64,000 nt of DNA from Camelus dromedarius (Eukaryota): NCBI RefSeq assembly GCF_036321535.1, contig NC_087442.1, forward strand, positions 75,950,001 through 76,014,000, given 5' to 3'. Positions 25,977-37,347 of the stretch are shown one piece after another. Both the position numbers and the translations under genes were made by a program. The notes beneath the pieces are model-generated. The model saw only the letters and a list, made by a program, of their open reading frames with translations. It searched no databases and was not told the origin of the DNA. Positions within the stretch are counted from its first letter, which is position 1. Every line of letters starts with the position of its first letter.

Positions 25977-28030
25977 CCTCTTTCTCCCTCCCACATGCCT
26001 TTCAGAACCTCTCCTAGGTCTGCTTTGGTCCCCCCACCCACCCAGCACCCAGTGCCAGTCTTGAGCATCCAGAGGGTCTGTACACCCTGGAAAAGGCCCA
26101 GCCCTCCTGCTCCCTGTATATTCCTCTCACTCATGTGCACAAACCTCAGTTTACTGTTCAGAGAATGTATCTGACTGGGCATTCGTCACAGATTCCTCAG
26201 GACTTAACCCCAAGGAAAGGACATTCAGTGACATTTTTCACTGATGATATCTGGGGCCCTTCTGGCATCCCTTAAGTTCAACTACAAAAGTCAGCTCCAC
26301 ACATAATGTGATGGTGCAGAGCTGAAGGGTAAGGAAGCATTTTGGACCCCAAAATAATTGCCCTGCAAGACAGAAATAACTCAAATGAAAATGCTGTCCT
26401 TGTAAATGGCAGGTCATGATTGCCTGTGCTGCTGGGGACAATTGTCACCTGTTACTCTTCTTGACGACCTTTCCTATCTGGAGTCAGCATAAAGGGCCAG
26501 AGTCGACTGTGTGGTCCCACACCAGCCTTCTTCCTGTCTTCAGTCCCATCGTCTTCCCCTCTTTCACTCTTCCTGGGGACACACTGGCAGCCTCGTAGAG
26601 CCCAGACTGCAGTAGTGGGAAGGAAGGTTCACAGCACTGCACAGAACTTCTAGTCACCAAAGCACAAACTTTTCCTTCAGTCAGGCTTCAGGGTCTCCCA
26701 GCTCTTCTAAGAACCATAACCCTACATGGAGATTCATTTTTCCTCTTTCTTGAGGGGCTTTTTAGGCTTACCCCAAACTCTCTATCCGCTCCCATCCGTC
26801 TCCTCTCTGCCAGATCCTGAGTTTTCAGATGGGATGCCTCACCTCTCAGCGAGTAGGATTCACCAGGTTTACCCCAGCCGTACGGCTTCATCCGAAACCT
26901 AGGCTTTACTTGTCTGCAGATTCTATGATTCTGCAACTCAGTACAATATTTCAATCTCCTTGCACAGTAAACCATGATATTTCGTGATTAAGCATTAAAA
27001 AGGCGACAGGTGGTGCATTTACACGTAATTAAAGCCTGCCGCGGGCCGTGTTGTAATACATGCGACTGACAGCACAAAAATTACAGCAACCCTGGGTGAA
27101 GAAACAGCTCTGCCTGTCACATTGCATTGCTATCAGACAAAGAGCAAGATTCAGGAGAAAAGCTCATTTTTTTCTAATGATTTTTTTCTAATTGACCTTT
27201 AGGTCATTTGGGTCGTAACTACTTGAAGGTTCTAGGTTTTTAGTTTCACTTTGGATTTTTTTTTCCCTCTGAGCATTCTGATGCTATATGCTACAGAGCA
27301 TAATGATTCTCTCATACTTAAGTTTTAATTTCTTCAGGACTGAGTTATTCATAGGCTGTTTAGAGATGCATTACATCTTTAGAATTATTAACGCAGGATA
27401 AAACTCCTTCTGTTCGGAGGAAATTTTTATGACATCCCAAGAATCTTCCAATGGTTCTGGATCTTGGCAGATTCCTAAACTAATAAAGGGATCACACTGA
27501 CCCCAAAGTTGTCTTTGATACAAGCACAAGATCTGGATTCAGGCAACCAAAACATCAAAATTCTCTTTCTAGTAACGATACATGCTCTCTTAATGACTGT
27601 GAATGTCTTCTCTGGAGTGTCTACTGAAATGAAGAGCACTTAGGATCTTTTTAGGATGTTTGTCTGTTATGTTCTTTGATCTGAACATCATCTGAATGTT
27701 CTCAATATGAAAAAAATCAAAATGATTAAATCTTGTTGACATTTCTAGAATGAAGATTAATTATTTGTTAATGCAGGGAGGTTCTCTTGCTTCATTCAGT
27801 TGTAAACAAAATACTCATCAGGTACCTGTGGGCTGGGCCCTGGAATGAGGACAGGGCACCAACAAAGTCCTGGGGGCCCTGCCTGGGGTCAGGCACCTGC
27901 CTTTACCCTCCTGTCAAAGCCAAGGTGTTCGTTGTACTCGTGATGACTCAAAGGCATTAAACATTACTTTTGGAAATTCTCATCTCCTTCTACATGTTCT
28001 TCCTAATAATTTCATTGATTTCTATGACAC

Positions 28031-28450
28031 TGATGTGGGTTGAATTGTGTCCCCCCAAAAAAACGATGTGTTGGATCTCCAGTACCTTAGAATGTGACCT
28101 TATTTGGAAATAGGGTCTTTAAATAGGTAATAAGGTTAAATTGCAGTCACAGAGTGGGCCTTACTCCAGTATGACTGTGTCCTTGTGAAAGGAGAAATTT
28201 GGACACACCAGTTGACACAGAGAGAACGCCATGTGAACATGAATGCTTCTAGGAAGGCCCAAGATGGCCAGAGGACCACCAGAAGGGAGAGGCCTGGAAC
28301 AGATCCTTCCTCACAGCCCTCAGAAAGAATCAGCCCTGCCAACACCTTGATCCTAGACTCCTAGCCTCCAGAATACTGAAACAAAAAATTCTGTTGTGGA
28401 AGCCACTCGGTCTATGGACTTTGTCCTGGCAGCCCTAGAAAACTAGTGCA
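28031..28450 (+). mobile_element. MLT1A0/B-like solo LTR
   Basis: tgatgtgggttgaattgtgtcccccc...ccctagaaaactagtgca; 5-bp TSD gacac / gaccc (4 of 5). Confidence 0.9.
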
Positions 28451-28479
28451 GACCCCAGCTGCCTCACTGACAGGGATAC

Positions 28480-28690
28480 ACGGCTTCCCACGTTCACGTA
28501 AAGGGCTCATTTAGCCCGATGCCTGGTCCATAACAAGTTCTCGGTAAAAGTTAATGGTGCTGCTACTTCTCTTGCTGCTGATAATCATGATTATGATGAT
28601 GCTGATGAAGTGGCAGAAGACGAAGGGGGAGGAGAAGCCACAGCAGCAGAAGAAGAAACAAAATCAGCAGGAGGAGGAAGAAAAGAATGA
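28480..28690 (+). repeat. MIR 3' end running into degenerate trinucleotide low complexity (TGC/TGA/GCA/GAA)
   Basis: gatgcctggtccataacaagttctcggtaaaagttaatggtgctgctac followed by tgatgatgctgatg...gcagcagaagaag...ggaggaggaag. Confidence 0.65.
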
Positions 28691-29144
28691 ATTAACTGAG
28701 CCCAGCTCTCCTCTGTGCAATACAAAAGAAGTAAGCCGTCTCCACCAGATGTGTAAAATGTCTGTCTTTGTACTTGCCCCACCCACCCACCCAAAGAGTT
28801 AAAGCAGACTCATTATGGAATCTTTGGAACGTCTGTTTTTACTGATGCATTGGTAGACACTGGTGTTTAATTGCACATGGACACCCTTGAGAGGAAATCA
28901 CAGTTCCTGGCCCCTTCGTCCATTCAGGGGAAGTATTTGTTTGTGGTCAAGTCGTCTGGAACTATACCCCCTCCTAGAGGAAAGGGAGGTGTATGTTCAC
29001 ACGAGGGCTGTGCCTGTGACTTAAGTAACAGTGCTCTGACTCCCAGCCTCCTCTTCTGCCCCTTCCACAGTCTTCCTCCAGAAGGCAAGAGGAGGCGTAA
29101 GACAGCAAACTGTGCCAACTTCCTGCGTGGCCCAAGTGCCCAGG

Positions 29145-29370
29145 TTATTTTAAATAGTACCATTTATCAAGTACCTGCTAGATATTTAAAACACTAGGAA
29201 CATACTGTGTACTCGTTATTCCAATTGATCCCAGCAACTCCCACTTTCAGCATGGAAGAATTATTATTCCCATTTCAAAAATTACCACCTATTTCACAGC
29301 TGGCTGGATTGCCTGAGGTCATCTAGCAAGGAATTGGCAGAGCTGGGATTTGAACCTATGCCTCAGGACT
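29145..29370 (-). mobile_element. MIR SINE
   Basis: aatagtaccatttatcaagtacctgct...ttattattcccatttc...gcagagctgggatttgaacct. Confidence 0.8.
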
Positions 29371-29869
29371 GCCCTGCTGAGGAGCCTGACCCTGGAATGG
29401 TGCCTGGTGCATAGTGGTGTTCATTCAACAAGTGTTTTGTGGCCCATATGACTCCAAAGCCCACACTCTTTCCACAACATGGTAGAAATCCTCTAGAATT
29501 GGAAGAGAAGAGGTGAAGAAGACAGAAACTCAAGGCCAGAGCTCTGGGTGACAGGGGTCTGGATATTGAGAGATAAATATTCATTCTTTTTGCTCTACCA
29601 ATGGCTGGTTCCACCAACTTGTAGTAATTACACACACTGCAAGGCAGTATGTGTTAGGTAACTTAAGGTTAGTGAGTCTTAAAAACAGATAAATGACAAC
29701 AACAAAAGAAAGGTTATTATCATCAGGAACATCTCGATTTTAGGGTAACCTCTCACAAAATATTTGTTTCATTGATCACTACTTAGTCACTTACTGCCCT
29801 CTCACACAAACCCCATGGATCTTGGATCATCTTGCCAAAAGATCAAGAATGAATCTAAAGTGCAGGTCT

Positions 29870-30302
29870 TACAGAAAGACAAATACTGAAAAGATCACTT
29901 AAATGTGAAATATTAAAAAACTGAACTCATAGAAACAGTAAAGTGATGGTTACCAGGAGCCGGGGTTGGGGGGAGGGCAGGGGAAATGGGAAGATGCTGG
30001 TCAGAGGATACAGATTTTGAGTTATAAGACAGATAATTTCTGGGGATCTAGTATACAGTGTGGTGATTATACTTAATAATATTGTATTGTATACTTGAAA
30101 GTTGCCAAGAGAGTAGATCTGAAATGTTCTCACCACAATAAAAAAAAAAGTGATAATAATGTAAGGTGATGAGGGCTTAGCCAACACTATAACAGTAATC
30201 ATTCTGCAATGTATAAATATATCAAGTCAACACGTTATATACTTTAAACATTGTTATATGTCAATTATATCAGAATAAAGCTGGGGGGAAGATATGAAAA
30301 AA
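29870..30302 (+). mobile_element. L1MA/MB 3' UTR with TSD
   Basis: gaaagacaaatactg...gaactcatagaaacag...gtcaattatatcagaataaagctgg. TSD taaagtgcaggtct (29856-29869) / taaagtgcaactct (30303-30316). G-rich tract at 29962-29990. Confidence 0.9.
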
Positions 30303-30997
30303 TAAAGTGCAACTCTTTCAGCCCCAAGCTCTTCAGAAGTCCAGAAATCATTTAACATCTTTTCCCTAAATGTCAGTTTCCTGAGACAGGCAGAAGAAGT
30401 ACATGTGCCTTCAGATTCTTCTCTTAGTACGTGTCCTGAAGAGAATGAACAAGATGGGAAGGGCCCTTTCCAGTTTCCACCTGGGAGGGCAGATTAATTG
30501 ATGTTGCAGTGGGTACTGGAGGGACATCCACATCTGCCTTAAGGGGCTGAGCCTGGACACAGGACAGGTTTTCTATTAGGAAAAATCCTGAAGCCCTTAA
30601 TCTAAAGTCAACTGTGTTTACTAGTCCTTGATACATTTTATTTTTTAAAATATATAATCAGCACTCTCATAATGACAACATTTTACATTTTGAATTATTG
30701 GTAAATAGTATTTCCTGTCAATTATCTTGTATCATGTAACATATGAGTTTATATATAGTACCAAATAAATAGTTTAAGGAGATAATTATGGAAAACAAGA
30801 GTCTGACCCAAACAGTACAGAGGAAGTTCCTTCTTCTGTGGCTCAGATACCTTGGATTGAATGTTAGTCATTGCATTGAGGAATTTTTCTGAGCACTATT
30901 GATGGGCTATGCATTGAGCCAGCTGCCAGCAATGTAATGATAAGCAAGATGAACACAGTTCTAGCCACTTGGAGCATATAATCTATGAGAAAGCAAT

Positions 30998-31104
30998 GGG
31001 CGGGGGGAGTTGGCTATAGCTCAGTGGTAGAGCGTGTGCTTAGCACACACGAGGTCCTGGGTTCAATTCCCAGTACCTCCATTTAGAAAAAAAAAAAGAA
31101 AGAA
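30998..31104 (+). mobile_element. Camelid tRNA-Ala-derived SINE (Vic-1 type)
   Basis: tatagctcagtggtagagcgtgtgcttagcacacacgaggtcctgggttcaattcccagtacctcca plus an A/GAAA tail; exact 10-bp TSD agaaagcaat at 30988-30997 and 31105-31114. Confidence 0.95.
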
Positions 31105-31819
31105 AGAAAGCAATTAGAATCAATTGTGTTCAGTGCTTCAGTAGGAAAAATGCAGGATCCACCTGGCAGGAAGAATGAGTCTAGTCTAGAAGGCCAGGGA
31201 AGATTTCTTGGAGGAAGCAGCAACTAAGATGAAATCTGAAGGAGCAAGCCAGGTAAAAGGGAAGAGCGATGTATCTACAGATGAGGAGAAGTCTATCTAC
31301 AGCACCTCAGAGCACATGGGCACAGTCCTTCCTAACACCCGAGGTCCTGCATGTCTGGAAGGTGGAGGGCAACATGAGGGGTCCCAAAAGGAGCAGCCAG
31401 AGGGCTAGATGTGATGGGTCTCCTGAGCCATGGACTTCATGCAAGGGCAATGAGAGGCCATGGCAGGGATTTAAGCAAGGGTGATGTGATCAGACTTCTT
31501 AAAAGGGGGTGGAAATCAAGTTACAAAGGAGCAAGACAAGAGGCAGAAGGACCAGAGGGGAGGCTTCATGGAACAGCCCAGGCAAGAGCTGATGGTGTAA
31601 GGAGAAGACCTGTGGCAGGGAGGTGGAGATGTGCTTGGTTAGAGAGAGGTTTCCAAGGTAGAATCCACAAGGCCTGATGAGAGAAGACCATTCCTCTGCT
31701 CCCCTTTGAGCCACAGGAAGGATGATGGTGCCAGTAACTGAGAAAGGGAACATCAGTGAAGTAGTAAGTTGGAGGCGTGGAGGGAGGTTGGACGAGGGAG
31801 GACATGAATTCCATTTGGG

Positions 31820-31948
31820 TAGGGTGACCGTATCATTTATTGTCTAGACAGGTACATATTTGAAAAGGAAAGGAGGCACAGTTGGTGCTATTGGGACAAC
31901 AACATAAACTGAACCTGTACCTCACAAACCAGACATAGGGTCATTCTA
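31820..31948. mobile_element. MER94-like hAT-Blackjack MITE
   Basis: Inverted termini tagggtgacc / gggtcattcta; 129 bp; flanks atttggg / gtttggg. Confidence 0.75.
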
Positions 31949-32882
31949 GTTTGGGGATGTATTAAGGTGGGAGTTACTGAAGAGATACTGAAGTGAAAGT
32001 GTCAAGTACACAGATACATGTGTCTGAGTTTAGTTGCCTCTTGATCAAAGGCTTTTCCAGCAGGAGAACAATTAAGGGAGTTGTTTCTTTCCAATTGCTT
32101 TATGATGTTTAATTAAGACACATTTTATGACCGTCATCACTATAGTTGCCAAAATAAACTATAATAAACAGGGCAGCAAAGGATATTGCCCTGTCCTTTC
32201 CCTTAGAGCATTTCTAGTATCAGTGGTCCAAGAATACCCTGAGTGTGCCCAGGAGAACTATCTCCAGCTTGAAGTTAGAGGCAGGGTGAAATGTGATCAA
32301 AGGCATCTTGCCTAAGCTCCGACTTCTTACAAGGGTTGGTTAAGAGCAGAGATGGATGAGCCAACATATACTGCAGTCCTGGAGGGGGGAAAGAAAAAAA
32401 ACCTCAAAAATAATAGTCTACTGACTCTGGATTAGTGGCATCATTTTATGTCTGGATGACAGCATGTTGTTGCTGTGGTTATTACAATCATTAGCAATTA
32501 TCATTATTATTATTATGACAGATGCCATGCTGACACACAGCATCCATCTTTGTCAATGCAAGCATAAATGAATGCATATATTAAAGCTGTTTCCACTTTT
32601 AGTTCATTCTCATTTTGAAGGCTAAACCTGAAATAACATGAAGACTTTTATTACTGTCTCCTACTAGCTGATTTTATCATCATAAGAAAAAGCTGTTTTA
32701 GAGAATGCACACAGCAGTGAAGGATTTGGATAGTAAATCTGCAGAATTAATACAGCTCACAAACAGTAAAGGTTTAAATTATTATTCGATAATTTGTAAC
32801 CTGAATGCAGTAATACAGAGAATTAGTTCTCTAATGCTGACAAAGTCTCAGGAAATGAAAATTTAAGAGTTGCCAATGTGGA

Positions 32883-33912
32883 TCTCCAGAATATATTAGC
32901 AGCTCATACGACTTAATAAGAAACAACCNNNNNNNNNNNNNNNNNNNNNNNNNNNNNNNNNNNNNNNNNNNNNNNNNNNNNNNNNNNNNNNNNNNNNNNN
33001 NNNNNNNNNNNNNNNNNNNNNNNNNNNNNNNNNNNNNNNNNNNNNNNNNNNNNNNNNNNNNNNNNNNNNNNNNNNNNNNNNNNNNNNNNNNNNNNNNNNN
33101 NNNNNATCCGCAAATGACAAATGCTGGAGAGGCTGTGGAGAAAAGAGAACCCTCCTACACTGCTGGTGGGAATGCAGTTTGGTGCAGCCACTGTGTAAAA
33201 CAGTATGTAGATTCCTCAGAAGACTAGGAATAGACTTACTGTATGACCCAGGAATCCCGCTCCTGGGCATATATCCAGAAGGAACCCTACTTCAGGANNN
33301 NNNNNNNNNNNNNNNNNNNNNNNNNNNNNNNNNNNNNNNNNNNNNNNNNNNNNNNNNNNNNNNNNNNNNNNNNNNNNNNNNNNNNNNNNNNNNNNNNNNN
33401 NNNNNNNNNNNNNNNNNNNNNNNNNNNNNNNNNNNNNNNNNNNNNNNNNNNNCATTTGCAGCAACATGGATGCTCCTGGAGAATATCATTCTAAGTGAAG
33501 TAAGCCAGAAAGAGAAAGAAAAATACCATATGAGATCATTCATATGTGGAATCTAAACAACAACAACAACAACAACAAAACATAAATACAAAACAAATAT
33601 ACTCATAGACATAGGATACAAACTTGTGGTTGCCAAGGGGGCGGAGGGTGGGAAGAGATAGACTGGGATTTCAAAACTGTAGAATAGATAAACAAGATTA
33701 TACTGTATAGCACAGGGAAATATATACAAGATCTTATGGTAGCTCACAGAGAAAAAAATGTGACAATGAATATATATATGTTCATGTATAACTGAAAAAT
33801 TGTGCTCTACACTGGAATTTGACTCAACATTGTAAAATGATTATAAATCAATAGAAAATGTTAAAAACAAATAAATAAACCAGTAAATAGAGAAGCCAAA
33901 AAAAAAAAAAAA
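32883..33912 (+). mobile_element. Young lineage-specific L1, 5'-truncated, with exact 18-bp TSD
   Basis: ORF2 C-terminal remnant (...[13 protein letters not shown]...WMLLENIILSEVSQKEKEKYHM), 3' UTR and poly(A). TSD aagagttgccaatgtgga at 32865-32882 and 33913-33930. N gaps at 32929-33105 and 33298-33452. Confidence 0.97.
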
Positions 33913-34149
33913 AAGAGTTGCCAATGTGGAGACTCAAACTTCTCTGTGTTTGAGCCACCATGAACCTTATTGTTTGTTGCATATGCTGTCTTACCTGGAA
34001 AGTGATTGATCACGCTTTCTCAGTGACTGATCTTCATTACAGTCTAGAAAGTATCCTTCTGAACCTCAGTTAACAATTTTTTTTTGACATGGCCACTGTT
34101 GACAGAGAGCCAGCTACTGCTGAGAAAGGGATGATCTCAAAAAAGAAAG

Positions 34150-34615
34150 AGAAATGACCCAAGTGGCCATCCCTACTGGGATGGATGAATAAATAGGTAT
34201 ATTCATGGAAGGGAATACTAGACAGCTATGGAAATAAAAGAACCACAGCTTTTATAAAAGAACGTGAATGAATCTTCTAACGCACAACGCTGAGTGAAAG
34301 ATGGTAAACGTAGAAGAATACACATTGTATCCTTCCAGGATCAAAAATTGGACTTAGACTGTTGTTGGAATGTGTACATAGCTGATAACCCCATAATGAA
34401 AGGCAAGGAAGTGATTCTCATGAAAGATAGGGTAGTGTTACCCACAGAGCAAAGAGAAGGGCATGTGACTGGGGATGATGGACATGGGGGGTTTCCAGGA
34501 TGCTATTTCTTGACCTAACTGGTAGTTACATCAGGGTTCACTTTATAGTTGATCGTTAGTCTCTGTATCATACACACTTCTGAATGTGTGCTCTACTTCA
34601 CCAAAAAAAAGTTTT
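34150..34615 (+). mobile_element. Old L1 (L1MC/ME-like) 3' end
   Basis: ggatggatgaataaataggtatattcatggaagggaatact...gaatcttc...tttcttgacctaactggtagttacatc. Confidence 0.8.
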
Positions 34616-37009
34616 AAGATAAAGAGACAACTTGAGTAGTGATATGAGGGAACCTAAATCTCTACATTTAAAAATTCTAGTTACAATGATTTATCCAAAA
34701 GGAATGAAGAATTCTTCCAGCTCCACCTTTCCCTCCTTTTCCTCCTTCTGTTCAGAACTCTTCCCCAATGCCACCTCCCTCTCAGATGGCCCTTTCTTTT
34801 AGTTCCATTCAGTTCTCCCTGTCCCCTACCCAACCCACAGGAGAGGTCATGCCCTGAACCGCATCTTGGATTCTGACGCAAGGAGAGATCGCCTCTTGGT
34901 GGGCTGCAGGCATGGCTATCGGGAGACATGGGGTAGCCATCCAGCTGCCTCATAGCAGCACTGGGGGAGAGAGACTCCATGATGAGAATGGCCTCCCGCC
35001 CAATTTACAGTATTGGCAATGCCCCCGGCCCCTGAAGAGTGGGGGGTTTCTGCAGGGAACTGCTTTGCTCACTCAGAGTGGAGAAGCCAGACTTCTCCTC
35101 GCAGCTGACCACATCATTCCACACAGGCCAGCACTGCTGCCACCACAACAAGGAGGATTAGCCCCGTGGCGTACTTCCCGTCACCTGTTCTAGGCCCTTC
35201 TACAACAGGCTTCACCCTCCTTCTGAGTATGAGGTGGAGATCCCCGCCTGGGAGAGCACCCTGAAGAACCGAGCCCCATGAGAAAATCTTTTGTTCTTCA
35301 GGCTCCTGAGAAAACGTGTTTTGCAGGGATCACCTTGCTAACAGGTGCCATGCTTTCCCCCAGCTAGGCCCCCCAGGAGCAACAGAATCAGCAGCGTAGG
35401 GAAGAATTATGTCTAAAAACCTCGCACCCCCGTTCCTTTCAGCCAAGCAGGACTCCATCCTGCTACCCAGGACTGGAGGCTCTGCCCAGACTTTCAGGGC
35501 TGTGTGAACCCCTGCACTCTCTCCTGAGATTGCTTCACAAAAGGATGCATTTGCAAAAGATAATCAGATAGTCTATACAAAGCATATGTGTGAGCTCCAG
35601 CTTGAACCTCTTCTATTTCCTTGGATTTGAAATCATCACCTTTGATCTTAATTTTAGTCCTCTGTGGTAACCATGGTTTCAGAATCCTTCTTCCAATTGT
35701 TATGAGCAGTTACATAAAGGAGATGTTGAGTTTAATCTCTTAAGCCTCAGCTGAAATTTCTGCCCCGGGCTGGGTGGCAGCTCCCTTATAAAATGAACCT
35801 TAGAGCTGGCTTTCCCAGGCAGACAGTGGCTGTCGGAGCTGAGCAGTTTCATTTTCAGGCCACACAACATGGCAGAGGGCTTGGCCGAGACAACCTTTGG
35901 CCAGGTGAGGAAACGGCACATCTCACTCCAGTCACCACCTCCGTGGGGCCTCCCATCCTCGGGCTGTTTTAACACCCCCATATTTGTCAAGAAAATGCCC
36001 TTTCCAAGTCTGCCTCCTTCTCTCAGAGTCTTCTGACTTTCCAGAGTCTTCTGGGTCAAGCACACACTTCTGAGCATGAGCACCTTCCCTTGAGAACAGC
36101 TAGCTCCTCCAGTCACTCTGTAGTTACCCTCTGACTTTTTTCCCATCTCCTTCCTCCACTTTCCACCCAGTTAAACTCTCCAAGGCCCACCCCGACACAC
36201 ACACCCTGGCCACCCCAACCCACAGGGGCCCCTGCTTGAAGCTGGGAGTGCCCTGTCCCTGCCTTTCCAAGTACTTCACGGACTGTTGCTCTGTGCTACT
36301 CTTGACCTCGGTTTAGGTAGAGCTGGTTTGCCAGGCTTCGGAGGCTGTCCAATACTTTGTGTGCACAAACAATGCCTATCCTGTGCTGGGCATTTGATAT
36401 TGATGTGTTGAGTAAAGGCTCAGATTTCTTTAACTTCACCCCATAATCTCAGGCAGCCACACAGGCCTCCCCTTTTCCTCCTCCTTGACTGACCTTCTCT
36501 AAAGGCTGCCCAGCCCCAAATCAGAGAAGATAAGCTTTCTTCTCATGGCTTTCTTGATCCCTGGGAAGTTCTCTTACGAAGATGCAATCATTTTTTTCCA
36601 CCTTATTTTCCAACAGTCTCTGGATTCCATTCTTTTCCCAACCTCTCGCAATATTTATTTGCTTGTGTTTCGGTCAGTAGTATAATCTCTACTCTTGTTT
36701 GTCTCTCTCCATTAAACTGGGAGAATCCTGAAGACAATATCCATTCCTGTGCTTGATTAGATAGCCCCGAGGGCCTCACATCCCAAGGGAACTCAGAGGC
36801 CTTTCCTGATGTGCCGATTGACAGTTTTCAGTAGAAATTCACAGAAGCCTTCTCCCTGGGACAGTGCCATTTGTCTCATTCTAATCTCCTGTGAACCCCC
36901 CGCCCCCGGCTTAATCACACCATTACACCTTCCTGCTCTGAATAGTCCTCCCTCACACGGCATGATCTACTGGCCTTTGAAATCCTCCCATTGCTGACTC
37001 ATCACAAAG

Positions 37010-37347
37010 TCTTCAGTTTATATTTAAATTAATTAAAATTAGGCGGGAGGGTATAGCTCAGTGGTAGAGTGTATGCTTAGCATGCAGGAGGTCCTGGGTT
37101 CAATCCCCAGTGCCTCCATTTAAAAAATAAAGAAGTTACCTTATTTATCCCCACCTCAAAATAAAATTTTTTTAAGCTTTATCTAAATTAATTAAAATTA
37201 AATACAAATTATTCCCTAAATTTTCCAGTTTAGTCACAATGGCTACATTTCACATGAGAAATAGCCACATGTGGCCAGTGGCTACCATATTGGACAGCAC
37301 AGATATAGCACATTTCCAACATTGCAGAAAGTTGTATGGGACAGTGG
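37010..37347 (-). mobile_element. MER3 hAT MITE, interrupted by a SINE
   Basis: atagccacatgtggccagtggctaccatattggacagcacagatatagcacatttcc...gcagaaagtt. Confidence 0.9.
37042..37183 (+). mobile_element. Camelid Vic-1-type SINE with long tail
   Basis: gggagggtatagctcagtggtagagtgtatgcttagcatgcaggaggtcctgggttcaatccccagtgcctcca plus a tail containing ...gttaccttatttatccccacctcaaaa; exact 17-bp TSD taaattaattaaaatta at 37025-37041 and 37184-37200. Confidence 0.95.

Larger units (their letters stand above)
30855..32040 (-). mobile_element. L2 LINE, interrupted by a Vic-1 SINE and MER94
   Basis: Antisense L2: ccagggaagatttcttggaggaagcag...gccatggcagggatttaagcaagggtgatgtgatcagact...gatggtgccagtaactgaga. 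Confidence 0.85.

Noticed and set aside
28554-28802. ORF with hydrophobic start and Q/E/K-rich tail
   Set aside because: Product of degenerate trinucleotide repeats at a MIR tail; no splice or homology support.
30998-31104. tRNA-Ala(AGC) genes at 20517, 30998 and 37042
   Set aside because: Acceptor or anticodon stems are disrupted, and each copy has an A-rich tail and a TSD, so these are SINEs.
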